From Eledone cirrhosa (taxonomy: Eukaryota), in the NCBI GenBank assembly GCA_964016885.1, contig OZ024741.1, positions 259,284,001-259,348,000 on the forward strand: DNA of 64,000 nucleotides. The letters run 5' to 3'. Shown here piece by piece: positions 11,800 to 26,500 of this stretch. A model generated the notes under the pieces. That model was not told the origin of the DNA and made no database searches. It saw only the letters and a program-made list of their open reading frames with translations. The stretch's first letter is position 1. Every line of letters begins with the position of its first letter. A program made the translations under genes and the position numbers.

Positions 11800-14700
11800 A
11801 GTCGGAACACTCGTAAGTCAGAACACTCGTAAGTCAGAACACTCGTAAGTCAGAACACTCGTAAGTCGAAACACTCGTATCGAAACACTCGTATGTCAAA
11901 ACACCCGTAAGTCAAAACACTCGTAAGTCGAAACACTCGTAAGTCGAAACACTCGTATGTCGAAACATCCGTAAATCAGAACACTCGTAAGTCGAAACAC
12001 TCGTAAGTCGAAACACTCGTAAGCCGAAACACTCGTAAGTCGAAGCACTCGTATCGAAACACTCGTAAGTCGAAACACCCTTAAGTCAAAACACTCGTAA
12101 GCCAAAACACTCGTAAGTCGAAACACTCGTAAGTCGGAACACTCGTAAGTCAGAACACTCGTAAGTCAGAACACTCGTAAGTGGAAACACGCGTAAGTCG
12201 AAAGACCCGTAAGTCAAAAATCTCGTAAGTCAAAACACTCGTAAGCCGAAACACTCGTAAGTCGAAACACTCGTAAGTCGAAACATTCGTAAAGCGAAAC
12301 GTATAAATAAAGATGAATGTAATGAACTTGAAAAGCATAGATATTTGAAACCGCGTCCATTTGTTATTTTCGTAAGTCGAAACACTCGTAAGTCAGAACA
12401 CTCGTAAGTCAGAACACTCTTAAGTCAGAACACTCGTATCGAAACACGTATGTCAAAACACCCGTAAGTCAAAACACTCGTAAGTCGAAACACTCGTAAG
12501 TCGAAACACTCGTAAGCCGAAACAATCGTAAGTCAAAACACTCGTAAGTCGAAACACTCGTAAGCCGAAAATACTCGTAAGTCGGAACACCCGTAAGCCG
12601 AAACCCTCGTAGGTCGGAACACTCGTAAGTCGAAACACTCGTAAGTCGAAACACCCGTAAGTCGAAACACTCGTAAGTCGAAACACCCGTAAGTCGAAAC
12701 ATCCGTAAGTCAAAACACTCGTATGTCGAAACACTCGTAAGCCGAAACACTCGTAAGTCGGAACACTCGCAAGTCAGAACACTCGTAAGTCAGAACACTC
12801 GTAAGTCGAAACACTCGTAAGTCGAAACACCCGTAAGTCGAAACGCCCGTAAGTCAAAACACTCGTATGTCGAAACACTCGCAAGCCGAAAAACCGTAAG
12901 TCAAAACACTCGTAAGTCGAAACACTCGTAAATCGAAACACTCGTAAGCCGAAACACTCGTAAGCGAAAACATTCGTTAGTCGAAACACTCGTAACCCGA
13001 AACACTCGTAAGTCGAAACACTCGAAAGCCGAAACACTCGTAAGTCGAAACACTCATAAGCCGAAACACTCGTAAGTCGGAACACTCGTAAGTCAGAACA
13101 CCCGTAAATCAGAACACTCGTAGTCAGAACACTCGTAAGTCGAAACACTCGTAAGCCGAAACACTCGCAAGTCGAAGCACTCGTAATCCGAAACACTCTT
13201 AAGTCGAAACACTCGTAAGTCGGAACACTCGTAAGTCAGAACACTCGTAAGTCAGAACACTCGTAAGTCGAAACACTCGTAAGCCGAAACATCCGTAAGT
13301 CAAAACATCCGTAAGTCAAAACATTCGTAAGTCGAAACACCCGTAGTCGAAACACTCGCAAGTCGAAACACTCGTAAGTCGAAACACGCGTAAGTCGAAA
13401 CACATGTAAGTCAAAACACTCGTAAGTCAAAACACTCGTAAGCCGAAACACTCGTAAGTCGAAACACTCGTAAGTCGAAACACTCGTAAAGCGAAACGTA
13501 TAAATAAATATTAATGTAATGAATTTGAAAAGCATAGAGATTTGAAACCGCGTCTATTTGTTATTTTCGTAAGTCGAAACACTCGTAAGCCGAAACACTC
13601 GTGAGCCGAAACACTCGTAAGTCGGAACACTCGTAAGTCAGAAAACTCGTAAGTCAGAACACTCGTAAGTTAGAACACTCGTAAGTCAGAACACTCGTAA
13701 GTCAGAACACTCGTAAGTCGAAACACTCGTATCGAAACACTCGTATGTCAAAACACCCGTAAGTCAAAACACTCGTAAGTCGAAACACTCGTAAGTCGAA
13801 ACACTCGTAAGCCGAAACACTCGTAAGCCGAAACACTCGTAAGTCGGAACACTCGTAAGTCGGAACACTCGTAAGTCAGAACACTCGTAAGTCAGAACAC
13901 TCGTAAGTCAGAACACTCGTAAGTCAGAACACTCGTAAGTCGAAACACTTGTATCGAAACACTCGTATGTCAAAACACCCGTAAGTCAAAACACTCGTAA
14001 GTCGAAACACTCGTAAGTCGAAACACTCGTACGTCGAAACATCCGTAAATCAGAACACTCGTAAGTCGAAACACTCGTAAGTCGAAACACTCGTAAGCCG
14101 AAACACTCGTAAGTCGAAGCACTCGTATCGAAACACTCGTAAGTCGAAACACCCTTAAGTCAAAACACTCGTAAGCCAAAACACTCGTAAGTCGAAACAC
14201 TCGTAAGTCGGAACACTCGTAAGTCAGAACACTCGTAAGTCAGAACACTCGTAAGTGGAAACACGCGTAAGTCGAAAGACCCGTAAGTCAAAAATCTCGT
14301 AAGTCAAAACACTCGTAAGCCGAAACACTCGTAAGTCGAAACACTCGTAAGTCGAAACATTCGTAAAGCGAAACGTATAAATAAAGATTAATGTAATGAA
14401 CTTGAAAAGCATAGATATTTGAAACCGCGTCTATTTGTTATTTTCGTAAGTCGAAACACTCGTAAGTCAGAACACTCGTAAGTCAGAACACTCGTATCGA
14501 AACACGTATGTCAAAACACCCGTAAGTCAAAACACTCGTAAGTCGAAACACTCGTAAGTCGAAACACTCGTAAGCCGAAACAATCGTAAGTCAAAACACT
14601 CGTAAGTCGAAACACTCGTAAGCCGAAAATACTCGTAAGTCGGAACACCCGTAAGCCGAAACCCTCGTAGGTCGGAACACTCGTAAGTCGAAACACTCTT

Positions 14701-17700
14701 AAGTCGAAACACCCGTAAGTCGAAACACTCGTAAGTCGAAACACCCGTAAGTCGAAACACTCGTAAGTCGAAACACCCGTAAGTCGAAACATCCGTAAGT
14801 CAAAACACTCGTATGTCGAAACACTCGTAAGCCGAAACACTCGTAAGTCGGAACACTCGCAAGTCAGAACACTCGTAAGTCAGAACACTCGTAAGTCGAA
14901 ACACTCGTAAGTCGAAACACCCGTAAGTCGAAACGCCCGTAAGTCAAAACACTCGTATGTCGAAACACTCGCAAGCCGAAAAACCGTAAGTCAAAACACT
15001 CGTAAGTCGAAACACTCGTAAATCGAAACACTCGTAAGCCGAAACACTCGTAAGCGAAAACATTCGTTAGTCGAAACACTCGTATCCCGAAACACTCGTA
15101 AGTCGAAACACTCGAAAGCCGAAACACTCGTAAGTCGAAACACTCATAAGCCGAAACACTCGTAAGTCGGAACACTCGTAAGTCAGAACACCCGTAAATC
15201 AGAACACTCGTAGTCAGAACACTCGTAAGTCGAAACACTCGTAAGCCGAAACACTCGCAAGTCGAAGCACTCGTAATCCGAAACACTCTTAAGTCGAAAC
15301 ACTCGTAAGTCGGAACACTCGTAAGTCAGAACACTCGTAAGTCAGAACACTCGTAAGTCGAAACACTCGTAAGCCGAAACATCCGTAAGTCAAAACATCC
15401 GTAAGTCAAAACATTCGTAAGTCGAAACACCCGTAGTCGAAACACTCGCAAGTCGAAACACTCGTAAGTCGAAACACGCGTAAGTCGAAACACATGTAAG
15501 TCAAAACACTCGTAAGTCAAAACACTCGTAAGCCGAAACACTCGTAAGTCGAAACACTCGTAAGTCGAAACACTCGTAAAGCGAAACGTATAAATAAATA
15601 TTAATGTAATGAATTTGAAAAGCATAGAGATTTGAAACCGCGTCTATTTGTTATTTTCGTAAGTCGAAACACTCGTAAGCCGAAACACTCGTGAGCCGAA
15701 ACACTCGTAAGTCGGAACACTCGTAAGTCAGAACACTCGTAAGTCAGAACACTCGTAAGTTAGAACACTCGTAAGTCAGAACACTCGTAAGTCAGAACAC
15801 TCGTAAGTCGAAACACTCGTATCGAAACACTCGTATGTCAAAACACCCGTAAGTCAAAACACTCGTAAGTCGAAACACTCGTAAGTCGAAACACTCGTAA
15901 GCCGAAACACTCGTAAGCCGAAACACTCGTAAGTCGGAACACTCGTAAGTCGGAACACTCGTAAGTCAGAACACTCGTAGGTCAGAACACTCGTAAGTCA
16001 CAACACTCGTAAGTCAGAACACTCGTAAGTCGAAACACTCGTATCGAAACACTCGTATGTCAAAACACCCGTAAGTCAAAACACTCGTAAGTCGAAACAC
16101 TCGTAAGTCGAAACACTCGTATGTCGAAACATCCGTAAATCAGAACACTCGTAAGTCGAAACACTCGTAAGTCGAAACACTCGTAAGCCGAAACACTCGT
16201 AGGTCGAAGCACTCGTATCGAAACACTCGTAAGTCGAAACACCCTTAAGTCAAAACACTCGTAAGCCAAAACACTCGTAAGTCGAAACACTCGTAAGTCG
16301 GAACACTCGTAAGTCAGAACACTCGTAAGTCAGAACACTCGTAAGTGGAAACACGCGTAAGTCGAAAGACCCGTAAGTCAAAAATCTCGTAAGTCAAAAC
16401 ACTCGTAAGCCGAAACACTCGTAAGTCCAAACACTCGTAAGTCGAAACATTCGTAAAGCGAAACGTATAAATAAAGATTAATGTAGTGAACTTGAAAAGC
16501 ATAGATATTTGAAACCGCGTCTATTTGTTATTTTCGTAAGTCGAAACACTCGTAAGTCAGAACACTCGTAAGTCAGAACACTCGTATCGAAACACGTATG
16601 TCAAAACACCCGTAAGTCAAAACACTCGTAAGTCGAAACACTCGTAAGTCGAAACACTCGTAAGCCGAAACAATCGTAAGTCAAAACACTCGTAAGTCGA
16701 AACACTCGTAAGCCGAAAATACTCGTAAGTCGGAACACCCGTAAGCCGAAACCCTCGTAGGTCGGAACACTCGTAAGTCGAAACACTCTTAAGTCGAAAC
16801 ACCCGTAAGTCGAAACACTCGTAAGTCGAAACACCCGTAAGTCGAAACACTCGTAAGTCGAAACACCCGTAAGTCGAAACATCCGTAAGTCAAAACACTC
16901 GTATGTCGAAACACTCGTAAGCCGAAACACTCGTAAGTCGGAACACTCGCAAGTCAGAACACTCGTAAGTCAGAACACTCGTAAGTCGAAACACTCGTAA
17001 GTCGAAACACCCGTAAGTCGAAACGCCCGTAAGTCAAAACACTCGTATGTCGAAACACTCGCAAGCCGAAAAACCGTAAGTCAAAACACTCGTAAGTCGA
17101 AACACTCGTAAATCGAAACACTCGTAAGCCGAAACACTCGTAAGCGAAAACATTCGTTAGTCGAAACACTCGTATCCCGAAACACTCGTAAGTCGAAACA
17201 CTCGAAAGCCGAAACACTCGTAAGTCGAAACACTCATAAGCCGAAACACTCGTAAGTCGGAACACTCGTAAGTCAGAACACCCGTAAATCAGAACACTCG
17301 TAGTCAGAACACTCGTAAGTCGAAACACTCGTAAGCCGAAACACTCGCAAGTCGAAGCACTCGTAATCCGAAACACTCTTAAGTCGAAACACTCGTAAGT
17401 CGGAACACTCGTAAGTCAGAACACTCGTAAGTCAGAACACTCGTAAGTCGAAACACTCGTAAGCCGAAACATCCGTAAGTCAAAACATCCGTAAGTCAAA
17501 ACATTCGTAAGTCGAAACACCCGTAGTCGAAACACTCGCAAGTCGAAACACTCGTAAGTCGAAACACGCGTAAGTCGAAACACATGTAAGTCAAAACACT
17601 CGTAAGTCAAAACACTCGTAAGCCGAAACACTCGTAAGTCGAAACACTCGTAAGTCGAAACACTCGTAAAGCGAAACGTATAAATAAATATTAATGTAAT

Positions 17701-20700
17701 GAATTTGAAAAGCATAGAGATTTGAAACCGCGTCTATTTGTTATTTTCGTAAGTCGAAACACTCGTAAGCCGAAACACTCGTGAGCCGAAACACTCGTAA
17801 GTCGGAACACTCGTAAGTCAGAACACTCGTAAGTCAGAACACTCGTAAGTTAGAACACTCGTAAGTCAGAACACTCGTAAGTCAGAACACTCGTAAGTCG
17901 AAACACTCGTATCGAAACACTCGTATGTCAAAACACCCGTAAGTCAAAACACTCGTAAGTCGAAACACTCGTAAGTCGAAACACTCGTAAGCCGAAACAC
18001 TCGTAAGCCGAAACACTCGTAAGTCGGAACACTCGTAAGTCGGAACACTCGTAAGTCAGAACACTCGTAGGTCAGAACACTCGTAAGTCACAACACTCGT
18101 AAGTCAGAACACTCGTAAGTCGAAACACTCGTATCGAAACACTCGTATGTCAAAACACCCGTAAGTCAAAACACTCGTAAGTCGAAACACTCGTAAGTCG
18201 AAACACTCGTATGTCGAAACATCCGTAAATCAGAACACTCGTAAGTCGAAACACTCGTAAGTCGAAACACTCGTAAGCCGAAACACTCGTAGGTCGAAGC
18301 ACTCGTATCGAAACACTCGTAAGTCGAAACACCCTTAAGTCAAAACACTCGTAAGCCAAAACACTCGTAAGTCGAAACACTCGTAAGTCGGAACACTCGT
18401 AAGTCAGAACACTCGTAAGTCAGAACACTCGTAAGTGGAAACACGCGTAAGTCGAAAGACCCGTAAGTCAAAAATCTCGTAAGTCAAAACACTCGTAAGC
18501 CGAAACACTCGTAAGTCCAAACACTCGTAAGTCGAAACATTCGTAAAGCGAAACGTATAAATAAAGATTAATGTAGTGAACTTGAAAAGCATAGATATTT
18601 GAAACCGCGTCTATTTGTTATTTTCGTAAGTCGAAACACTCGTAAGTCAGAACACTCGTAAGTCAGAACACTCTTAAGTCAGAACACTCGTATCGAAACA
18701 CGTATGTCAAAACACCCGTAAGTCAAAACACTCGTAAGTCGAAACACTCGTAAGTCGAAACACTCGTAAGCCGAAACAATCGTAAGTCAAAACACTCGTA
18801 AGTCGAAACACTCGTAAGCCGAAAATACTCGTAAGTCGGAACACCCGTAAGCCGAAACCCTCGTAGGTCGGAACACTCGTAAGTCGAAACACTCTTAAGT
18901 CGAAACACCCGTAAGTCGAAACACTCGTAAGTCGAAACACCCGTAAGTCGAAACATCCGTAAGTCAAAACACTCGTATGTCGAAACACTCGTAAGCCGAA
19001 ACACTCGTAAGTCGGAACACTCGCAAGTCAGAACACTCGTAAGTCAGAACACTCGTAAGTCGAAACACTCGTAAGTCGAAACACCCGTAAGTCGAAACGC
19101 CCGTAAGTCAAAACACTCGTATGTCGAAACACTCGCAAGCCGAAAAACCGTAAGTCAAAACACTCGTAAGTCGAAACACTCGTAAATCGAAACACTCGTA
19201 AGCCGAAACACTCGTAAGCGAAAACATTCGTTAGTCGAAACACTCGTAACCCGAAACACTCGTAAGTCGAAACACTCGAAAGCCGAAACACTCGTAAGTC
19301 GAAACACTCATAAGCCGAAACACTCGTAAGTCGGAACACTCGTAAGTCAGAACACCCGTAAATCAGAACACTCGTAGTCAGAACACTCGTAAGTCGAAAC
19401 ACTCGTAAGCCGAAACACTCGCAAGTCGAAGCACTCGTAATCCGAAACACTCTTAAGTCGAAACACTCGTAAGTCGGAACACTCGTAAGTCAGAACACTC
19501 GTAAGTCAGAACACTCGTAAGTCGAAACACTCGTAAGCCGAAACATCCGTAAGTCAAAACATCCGTAAGTCAAAACATTCGTAAGTCGAAACACCCGTAG
19601 TCGAAACACTCGCAAGTCGAAACACTCGTAAGTCGAAACACGCGTAAGTCGAAACACATGTAAGTCAAAACACTCGTAAGTCAAAACACTCGTAAGCCGA
19701 AACACTCGTAAGTCGAAACACTCGTAAGTCGAAACACTCGTAAAGCGAAACGTATCAATAAAGATTAATGTAATGAATTTGAAAAGCATAGAGATTTGAA
19801 ACCGCGTCTATTTGTTATTTTCGTAAGTCGAAACACTCGTAAGCCGAAACAATCGTGAGCCGAAACACTCGTAAGTCGGAACACTCGTAAGTCAGAACAC
19901 TCGTAAGTCAGAACACTCGTAAGTTAGAACACTCGTAAGTCAGAACACTCGTAAGTCAGAACACTCGTAAGTCGAAACACTCATATCGAAACACTCGTAT
20001 GTCAAAACACCCGTAAGTCAAAACACTCGTAAGTCGAAACACTCGTAAGTCGAAACACTCGTAAGCCGAAACACTCGAAAGCCGAAACACTCGTAAGTCG
20101 GAACACTCGTAAGTCGGAACACTCGTAAGTCAGAACACTCGTAAGTCAGAACACTCGTAAGTCAGAACACTCGTAAGTCAGAACACTCGTAAGTCGAAAC
20201 ACTCGTATCGAAACACTCGTATGTCAAAACACCCGTAAGTCAAAACACTCGTAAGTCGAAACACTTGTAAGTCGAAACACTCGTATGTCGAAACATCCGT
20301 AAATCAGAACACTCGTAAGTCGAAACACTCGTAAGTCGAAACACTCGTAAGCCGAAACACTCGTAAGTCGAAGCACTCGTATCGAAACACTCGTAAGTCG
20401 AAACACCCTTAAGTCAAAACACTCGTAAGCCAAAACACTCGTAAGTCGAAACACTCGTAAGTCGGAACACTCGTAAGTCAGAACACTCGTAAGTCAGAAC
20501 ACTCGTAAGTGGAAACACGCGTAAGTCGAAAGACCCGTAAGTCAAAAATCTCGTAAGTCAAAACACTCGTAAGCCGAAACACTCGTAAGTCGAAACACTC
20601 GTAAGTCGAAACACTTTTAAGTCGAAACATTCGTAAAGCGAAACGTATAAATAAAGATTAATGTAATGAACTTGAAAAGCATAGATATTTGAAACCGCGT

Positions 20701-20990
20701 CTATTTGTTATTTTCGTAAGTCGAAACACTCGTAAGTCAGAACACTCGTAAGTCAGAACACTCTTAAGTCAGAACACTCGTATCGAAACACGTATGTCAA
20801 AACACCCGTAAGTCAAAACACTCGTAAGTCGAAACACTCGTAAGTCGAAACACTCGTAAGCCGAAACAATCGTAAGTCAAAACACTCGTAAGTCGAAACA
20901 CTCGTAAGCCGAAAATACTCGTAAGTCGGAACACCCGTAAGCCGAAACCCTCGTAGGTCGGAACACTCGTAAGTCAAAACACTCGTAAGT
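11800..20990 (+). repeat. Tandem run of ~2.07-2.09-kb A/B higher-order repeats (~4.4 copies)
   Basis: A-to-A spacings 2074, 2090, 2090, 2090; B-to-B spacings 2090, 2090, 2074. The same diagnostic monomers (TGGAAACACGCG, AAAGACCC, AAAAATCTC, CCCTCGTAGG, CGAAAAACCG, CGTTAGTC, CACATGTAAG, CGTGAGCC, GTTAGAAC) occur in the same order in each unit. Boundaries are approximate. Confidence 0.93.
14397..18673 (+). repeat. Recent tandem duplication, period 2,090 bp
   Basis: Private variants shared at +2090: CGTAGGTCAG (15980/18070), GTCACAAC (16001/18091), AGGTCGAAGC (16202/18292), GTCCAA (16428/18518), ATGTAGTG (16486/18576). Both units have the 1,213-bp A-to-B spacing. Confidence 0.88.
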
Positions 20991-23503
20991 CGAAACATCC
21001 GTAAGTCAAAACACTCGTATGTCGAAACACTCGTAAGCCGAAACACTCGTAAGTCAGAACACTCGTAAGTCAGAACACTCGTAAGTCGAAACACTCATAA
21101 GTCGAAACACTCGTAAGTCGAAACACCCGTAAGTCGAAACACCCGTAAGTCGAAACACTCGTATGTCGAATAACTCGTAAGCCGAAACACCGTAAGTCAA
21201 AACACTCGTAAGTCGAAACACTCGTAAGTCGAAACACCCATAAGCCGAAACATTCGTAAGCCAAAACATTCGTAAGTCGAAACACTCGTAAACCGAAACA
21301 CTCGTAAGCCAAAACATTCGTAAGTCGAAACACTCGTAAGTCGAAACACCCATAGCCGAAACACTTGTAAGTCTGAACACACGTAAGTCAGAACACCCGT
21401 AAGTCAGAACACTCGTAAGTCAGAACACTCGTAAGTCAGAGCACTCGTATCGAAACACTCGTATGTCAAAACACCCGTAAGTCAAAACACTCGTAAGTCG
21501 AAACACTCGTAAGCCGAAACACCGTAAGCCAAAACACTCGTAAGTCGAAACACCCGTAAGTCGGAACACTCGTAAGTCGAAACACTCGTAAGTCGAAACA
21601 CTCGTAAGCCGAAACACTCGTAAGCCGAAACACTCGTAAGTCGGAACACTCGTAAGTCGGAACACTCGTAAGTCAGAACACTCGTAAGTCAGAACACTCG
21701 TAAGTCAGAACACTCGTAAGTCAGAACACTCGTAAGTCGAAACACTCGTATCGAAACACTCGTATGTCAAAACACCCGTAAGTCAAAACACTCGTAAGTC
21801 GAAACACTCGTAAGTCGAAACATTCGTATGTCGAAACATCCGTAAATCAGAACACTCGTAAGTCGAAACACTCGTAAGTCGAAACACTCGTAAGCCGAAA
21901 CACTCGTAAGTCGAAGCACTCGTATCGAAACACTCGTAAGTCGAAACACCCTTAAGTCAAAACACTCGTAAGCCAAAAGACTCGTAAGTCGAAACACTCG
22001 TAAGTCGGAACACTCGTAAGTCAGAACACTCGTAAGTCAGAACACTCGTAAGTGGAAACACGCGTAAGTCGAAACACTCATAAGTCGAAACACTCGTAAG
22101 TCGAAACACCCGTAAGTCGAAACACCCGTAAGTCGAAACACTCGTATGTCGAATAACTCGTAAGCCGAAACACCGTAAGTCAAAACACTCGTAAGTCGAA
22201 ACACTCGTAAGTCGAAACACCCATAAGCCGAAACACTCGTAAGCCAAAACATTCGTAAGTCGAAACACTCGTAAACCGAAACACTCGTAAGCCAAAACAT
22301 TCGTAAGTCGAAACACTCGTAAGTCGAAACACCCATAGCCGAAACACTCGTAAGTCTGAACACACGTAAGTCAGAACAGCCGTAAGTCAGAACACTCGTA
22401 AGTCAGAACACTCGTAAGTCAGAACACTCGTAAGTCAGAGCACTCGTATCGAAACACTCGTATGTCAAAACACCCGTAAGTCAAAACACTCGTAAGTCGA
22501 AACACTCGTAAGCCGAAACACCGTAAGCCAAAACACTCGTAAGTCGAAACACCCGTAAGTCGGAACACTCGTAAGTCGAAACACTCGTAAGTCGAAACAC
22601 TCGTAAGCCGAAACACTCGTAAGCCGAAACACTCGTAAGTCGGAACACTCGTAAGTCGGAACACTCGTAAGTCAGAACACTCGTAAGTCAGAACACTCGT
22701 AAGTCAGAACACTCGTAAGTCAGAACACTCGTAAGTCGAAACACTCGTATCGAAACACTCGTATGTCAAAACACCCGTAAGTCAAAACACTCGTAAGTCG
22801 AAACACTCGTAAGTCGAAACACTCGTATGTCGAAACATCCGTAAATCAGAACACTCGTAAGTCGAAACACTCGTAAGTCGAAACACTCGTAAGCCGAAAC
22901 ACTCGTAAGTCGAAGCACTCGTATCGAAACACTCGTAAGTCGAAACACCCTTAAGTCAAAACACTCGTAAGCCAAAACACTCGTAAGTCGAAACACTCGT
23001 AAGTCGGAACACTCGTAAGTCAGAACACTCGTAAGTCAGAACACTCGTAAGTGGAAACACGCGTAAGTCGAAAGACCCGTAAGTCAAAAATCTCGTAAGT
23101 CAAAACACTCGTAAGCCGAAACACTCGTAAGTCGAAACACTCGTAAGTCGAAACATTCGTAAAGCGAAACGTATAAATAAAGATTAATGTAATGAACTTG
23201 AAAAGCATAGATATTTGAAACCGCGTCTATTTGTTATTTTCGTAAGTCGAAACACTCGTAAGTCAGAACACTCGTAAGTCAGAACACTCTTAAGTCAGAA
23301 CACTCGTATCGAAACACGTATGTCAAAACACCCGTAAGTCAAAACACTCGTAAGTCGAAACACTCGTAAGTCGAAACACTCGTAAGCCGAAACAATCGTA
23401 AGTCAAAACACTCGTAAGTCGAAACACTCGTAAGCCGAAAATACTCGTAAGTCGGAACACCCGTAAGCCGAAACCCTCGTAGGTCGGAACACTCGTAAGT
23501 CGA

Positions 23504-26500
23504 AACACTCGTAAGTCGAAACACCCGTAAGTCGAAACACTCGTAAGTCGAAACACCCGTAAGTCGAAACATCCGTAAGTCAAAACACTCGTATGTCGAA
23601 ACACTCGTAAGCCGAAACACTCGTAAGTCGGAACACTCGCAAGTCAGAACACTCGTAAGTCAGAACACTCGTAAGTCGAAACACTCGTAAGTCGAAACAC
23701 CCGTAAGTCGAAACGCCCGTAAGTCAAAACACTCGTATGTCGAAACACTCGCAAGCCGAAAAACCGTAAGTCAAAACACTCGTAAGTCGAAACACTCGTA
23801 AATCGAAACACTCGTAAGCCGAAACACTCGTAAGCGAAAACATTCGTTAGTCGAAACACTCGTATCCCGAAACACTCGTAAGTCGAAACACTCGAAAGCC
23901 GAAACACTCGTAAGTCGAAACACTCATAAGCCGAAACACTCGTAAGTCGGAACACTCGTAAGTCAGAACACCCGTAAATCAGAACACTCGTAGTCAGAAC
24001 ACTCGTAAGTCGAAACACTCGTAAGCCGAAACACTCGCAAGTCGAAGCACTCGTAATCCGAAACACTCTTAAGTCGAAACACTCGTAAGTCGGAACACTC
24101 GTAAGTCAGAACACTCGTAAGTCAGAACACTCGTAAGTCGAAACACTCGTAAGCCGAAACATCCGTAAGTCAAAACATCCGTAAGTCAAAACATTCGTAA
24201 GTCGAAACACCCGTAGTCGAAACACTCGCAAGTCGAAACACTCGTAAGTCGAAACACGCGTAAGTCGAAACACATGTAAGTCAAAACACTCGTAAGTCAA
24301 AACACTCGTAAGCCGAAACACTCGTAAGTCGAAACACTCGTAAGTCGAAACACTCGTAAAGCGAAACGTATAAATAAATATTAATGTAATGAATTTGAAA
24401 AGCATAGAGATTTGAAACCGCGTCTATTTGTTATTTTCGTAAGTCGAAACACTCGTAAGCCGAAACACTCGTGAGCCGAAACACTCGTAAGTCGGAACAC
24501 TCGTAAGTGAGAACACTCGTAAGTCAGAACACTCGTAAGTTAGAACACTCGTAAGTCAGAACACTCGTAAGTCAGAACACTCGTAAGTCGAAACACTCGT
24601 ATCGAAACACTCGTATGTCAAAACACCCGTAAGTCAAAACACTCGTAAGTCGAAACACTCGTAAGTCGAAACACTCGTAAGCCGAAACACTCGTAAGCCG
24701 AAACACTCGTAAGTCGGAACACTCGTAAGTCGGAACACTCGTAAGTCAGAACACTCGTAAGTCAGAACACTCGTAAGTCAGAACACTCGTAAGTCAGAAC
24801 ACTCGTAAGTCGAAACACTCGTATCGAAGCACTCGTATGTCAAAACACCCGTAAGTCAAAACACTCGTAAGTCGAAACGCTCGTAAGTCGAAACACTCGT
24901 ATGTCGAAACATCCGAAAATCAGAACACTCGTAAGTCGAAACACTCGTAAGTCGAAACACTCGTAAGCCGAAACACTCGTAAGTCGAAGCACTCGTATCG
25001 AAACACTCGTAAGTCGAAACACCCTTAAGTCAAAACACTCGTAAGCCAAAACACTCGTAAGTCGAAACACTCGTATGTCGGAACACTCGTAAGTCAGAAC
25101 ACTCGTAAGTCAGAACACTCGTAAGTGGAAACACGCGTAAGTCGAAAGACCCGTAAGTCAAAAATCTCGTAAGTCAAAACACTCGTAAGCCGAAACACTC
25201 GTAAGTCGAAACACTCGTAAGTCGAAACATTCGTAAAGCGAAACGTATAAATAAAGATTAATGTAATGAACTTGAAAAGCATAGATATTTGAAACCGCGT
25301 CTATTTGTTATTTTCGTAAGTCGAAACACTCGTAAGTCAGAACACTCGTAAGTCAGAACACTCTTAAGTCAGAACACTCGTATCGAAACACGTATGTCAA
25401 AACACCCGTAAGTCAAAACACTCGTAAGTCGAAACACTCGTAAGTCGAAACACTCGTAAGCCGAAACAATCGTAAGTCAAAACACTCGTAAGTCGAAACA
25501 CTCGTAAGCCGAAAATACTCGTAAGTCGGAACACCCGTAAGCCGAAACCCTCGTAGGTCGGAACACTCGTAAGTCGAAACACTCGTAAGTCGAAACACCC
25601 GTAAGTCGAAACACTCGTAAGTCGAAACACCCGTAAGTCGAAACATCCGTAAGTCAAAACACTCGTATGTCGAAACACTCGTAAGCCGAAACACTCGTAA
25701 GTCGGAACACTCGCAAGTCAGAACACTCGTAAGTCAGAACACTCGTAAGTCGAAACACTCGTAAGTCGAAACACCCGTAAGTCGAAACGCCCGTAAGTCA
25801 AAACACTCGTATGTCGAAACACTCGCAAGCCGAAAAACCGTAAGTCAAAACACTCGTAAGTCGAAACACTCGTAAATCGAAACACTCGTAAGCCGAAACA
25901 CTCGTAAGCGAAAACATTCGTTAGTCGAAACACTCGTAACCCGAAACACTCGTAAGTCGAAACACTCGAAAGCCGAAACACTCGTAAGTCGAAACACTCA
26001 TAAGCCGAAACACTCGTAAGTCGGAACACTCGTAAGTCAGAACACCCGTAAATCAGAACACTCGTAGTCAGAACACTCGTAAGTCGAAACACTCGTAAGC
26101 CGAAACACTCGCAAGTCGAAGCACTCGTAATCCGAAACACTCTTAAGTCGAAACACTCGTAAGTCGGAACACTCGTAAGTCAGAACACTCGTAAGTCAGA
26201 ACACTCGTAAGTCGAAACACTCGTAAGCCGAAACATCCGTAAGTCAAAACATCCGTAAGTCAAAACATTCGTAAGTCGAAACACCCGTAGTCGAAACACT
26301 CGCAAGTCGAAACACTCGTAAGTCGAAACACGCGTAAGTCGAAACACATGTAAGTCAAAACACTCGTAAGTCAAAACACTCGTAAGCCGAAACACTCGTA
26401 AGTCGAAACACTCGTAAGTCGAAACACTCGTAAAGCGAAACGTATAAATAAATATTAATGTAATGAATTTGAAAAGCATAGAGATTTGAAACCGCGTCTA

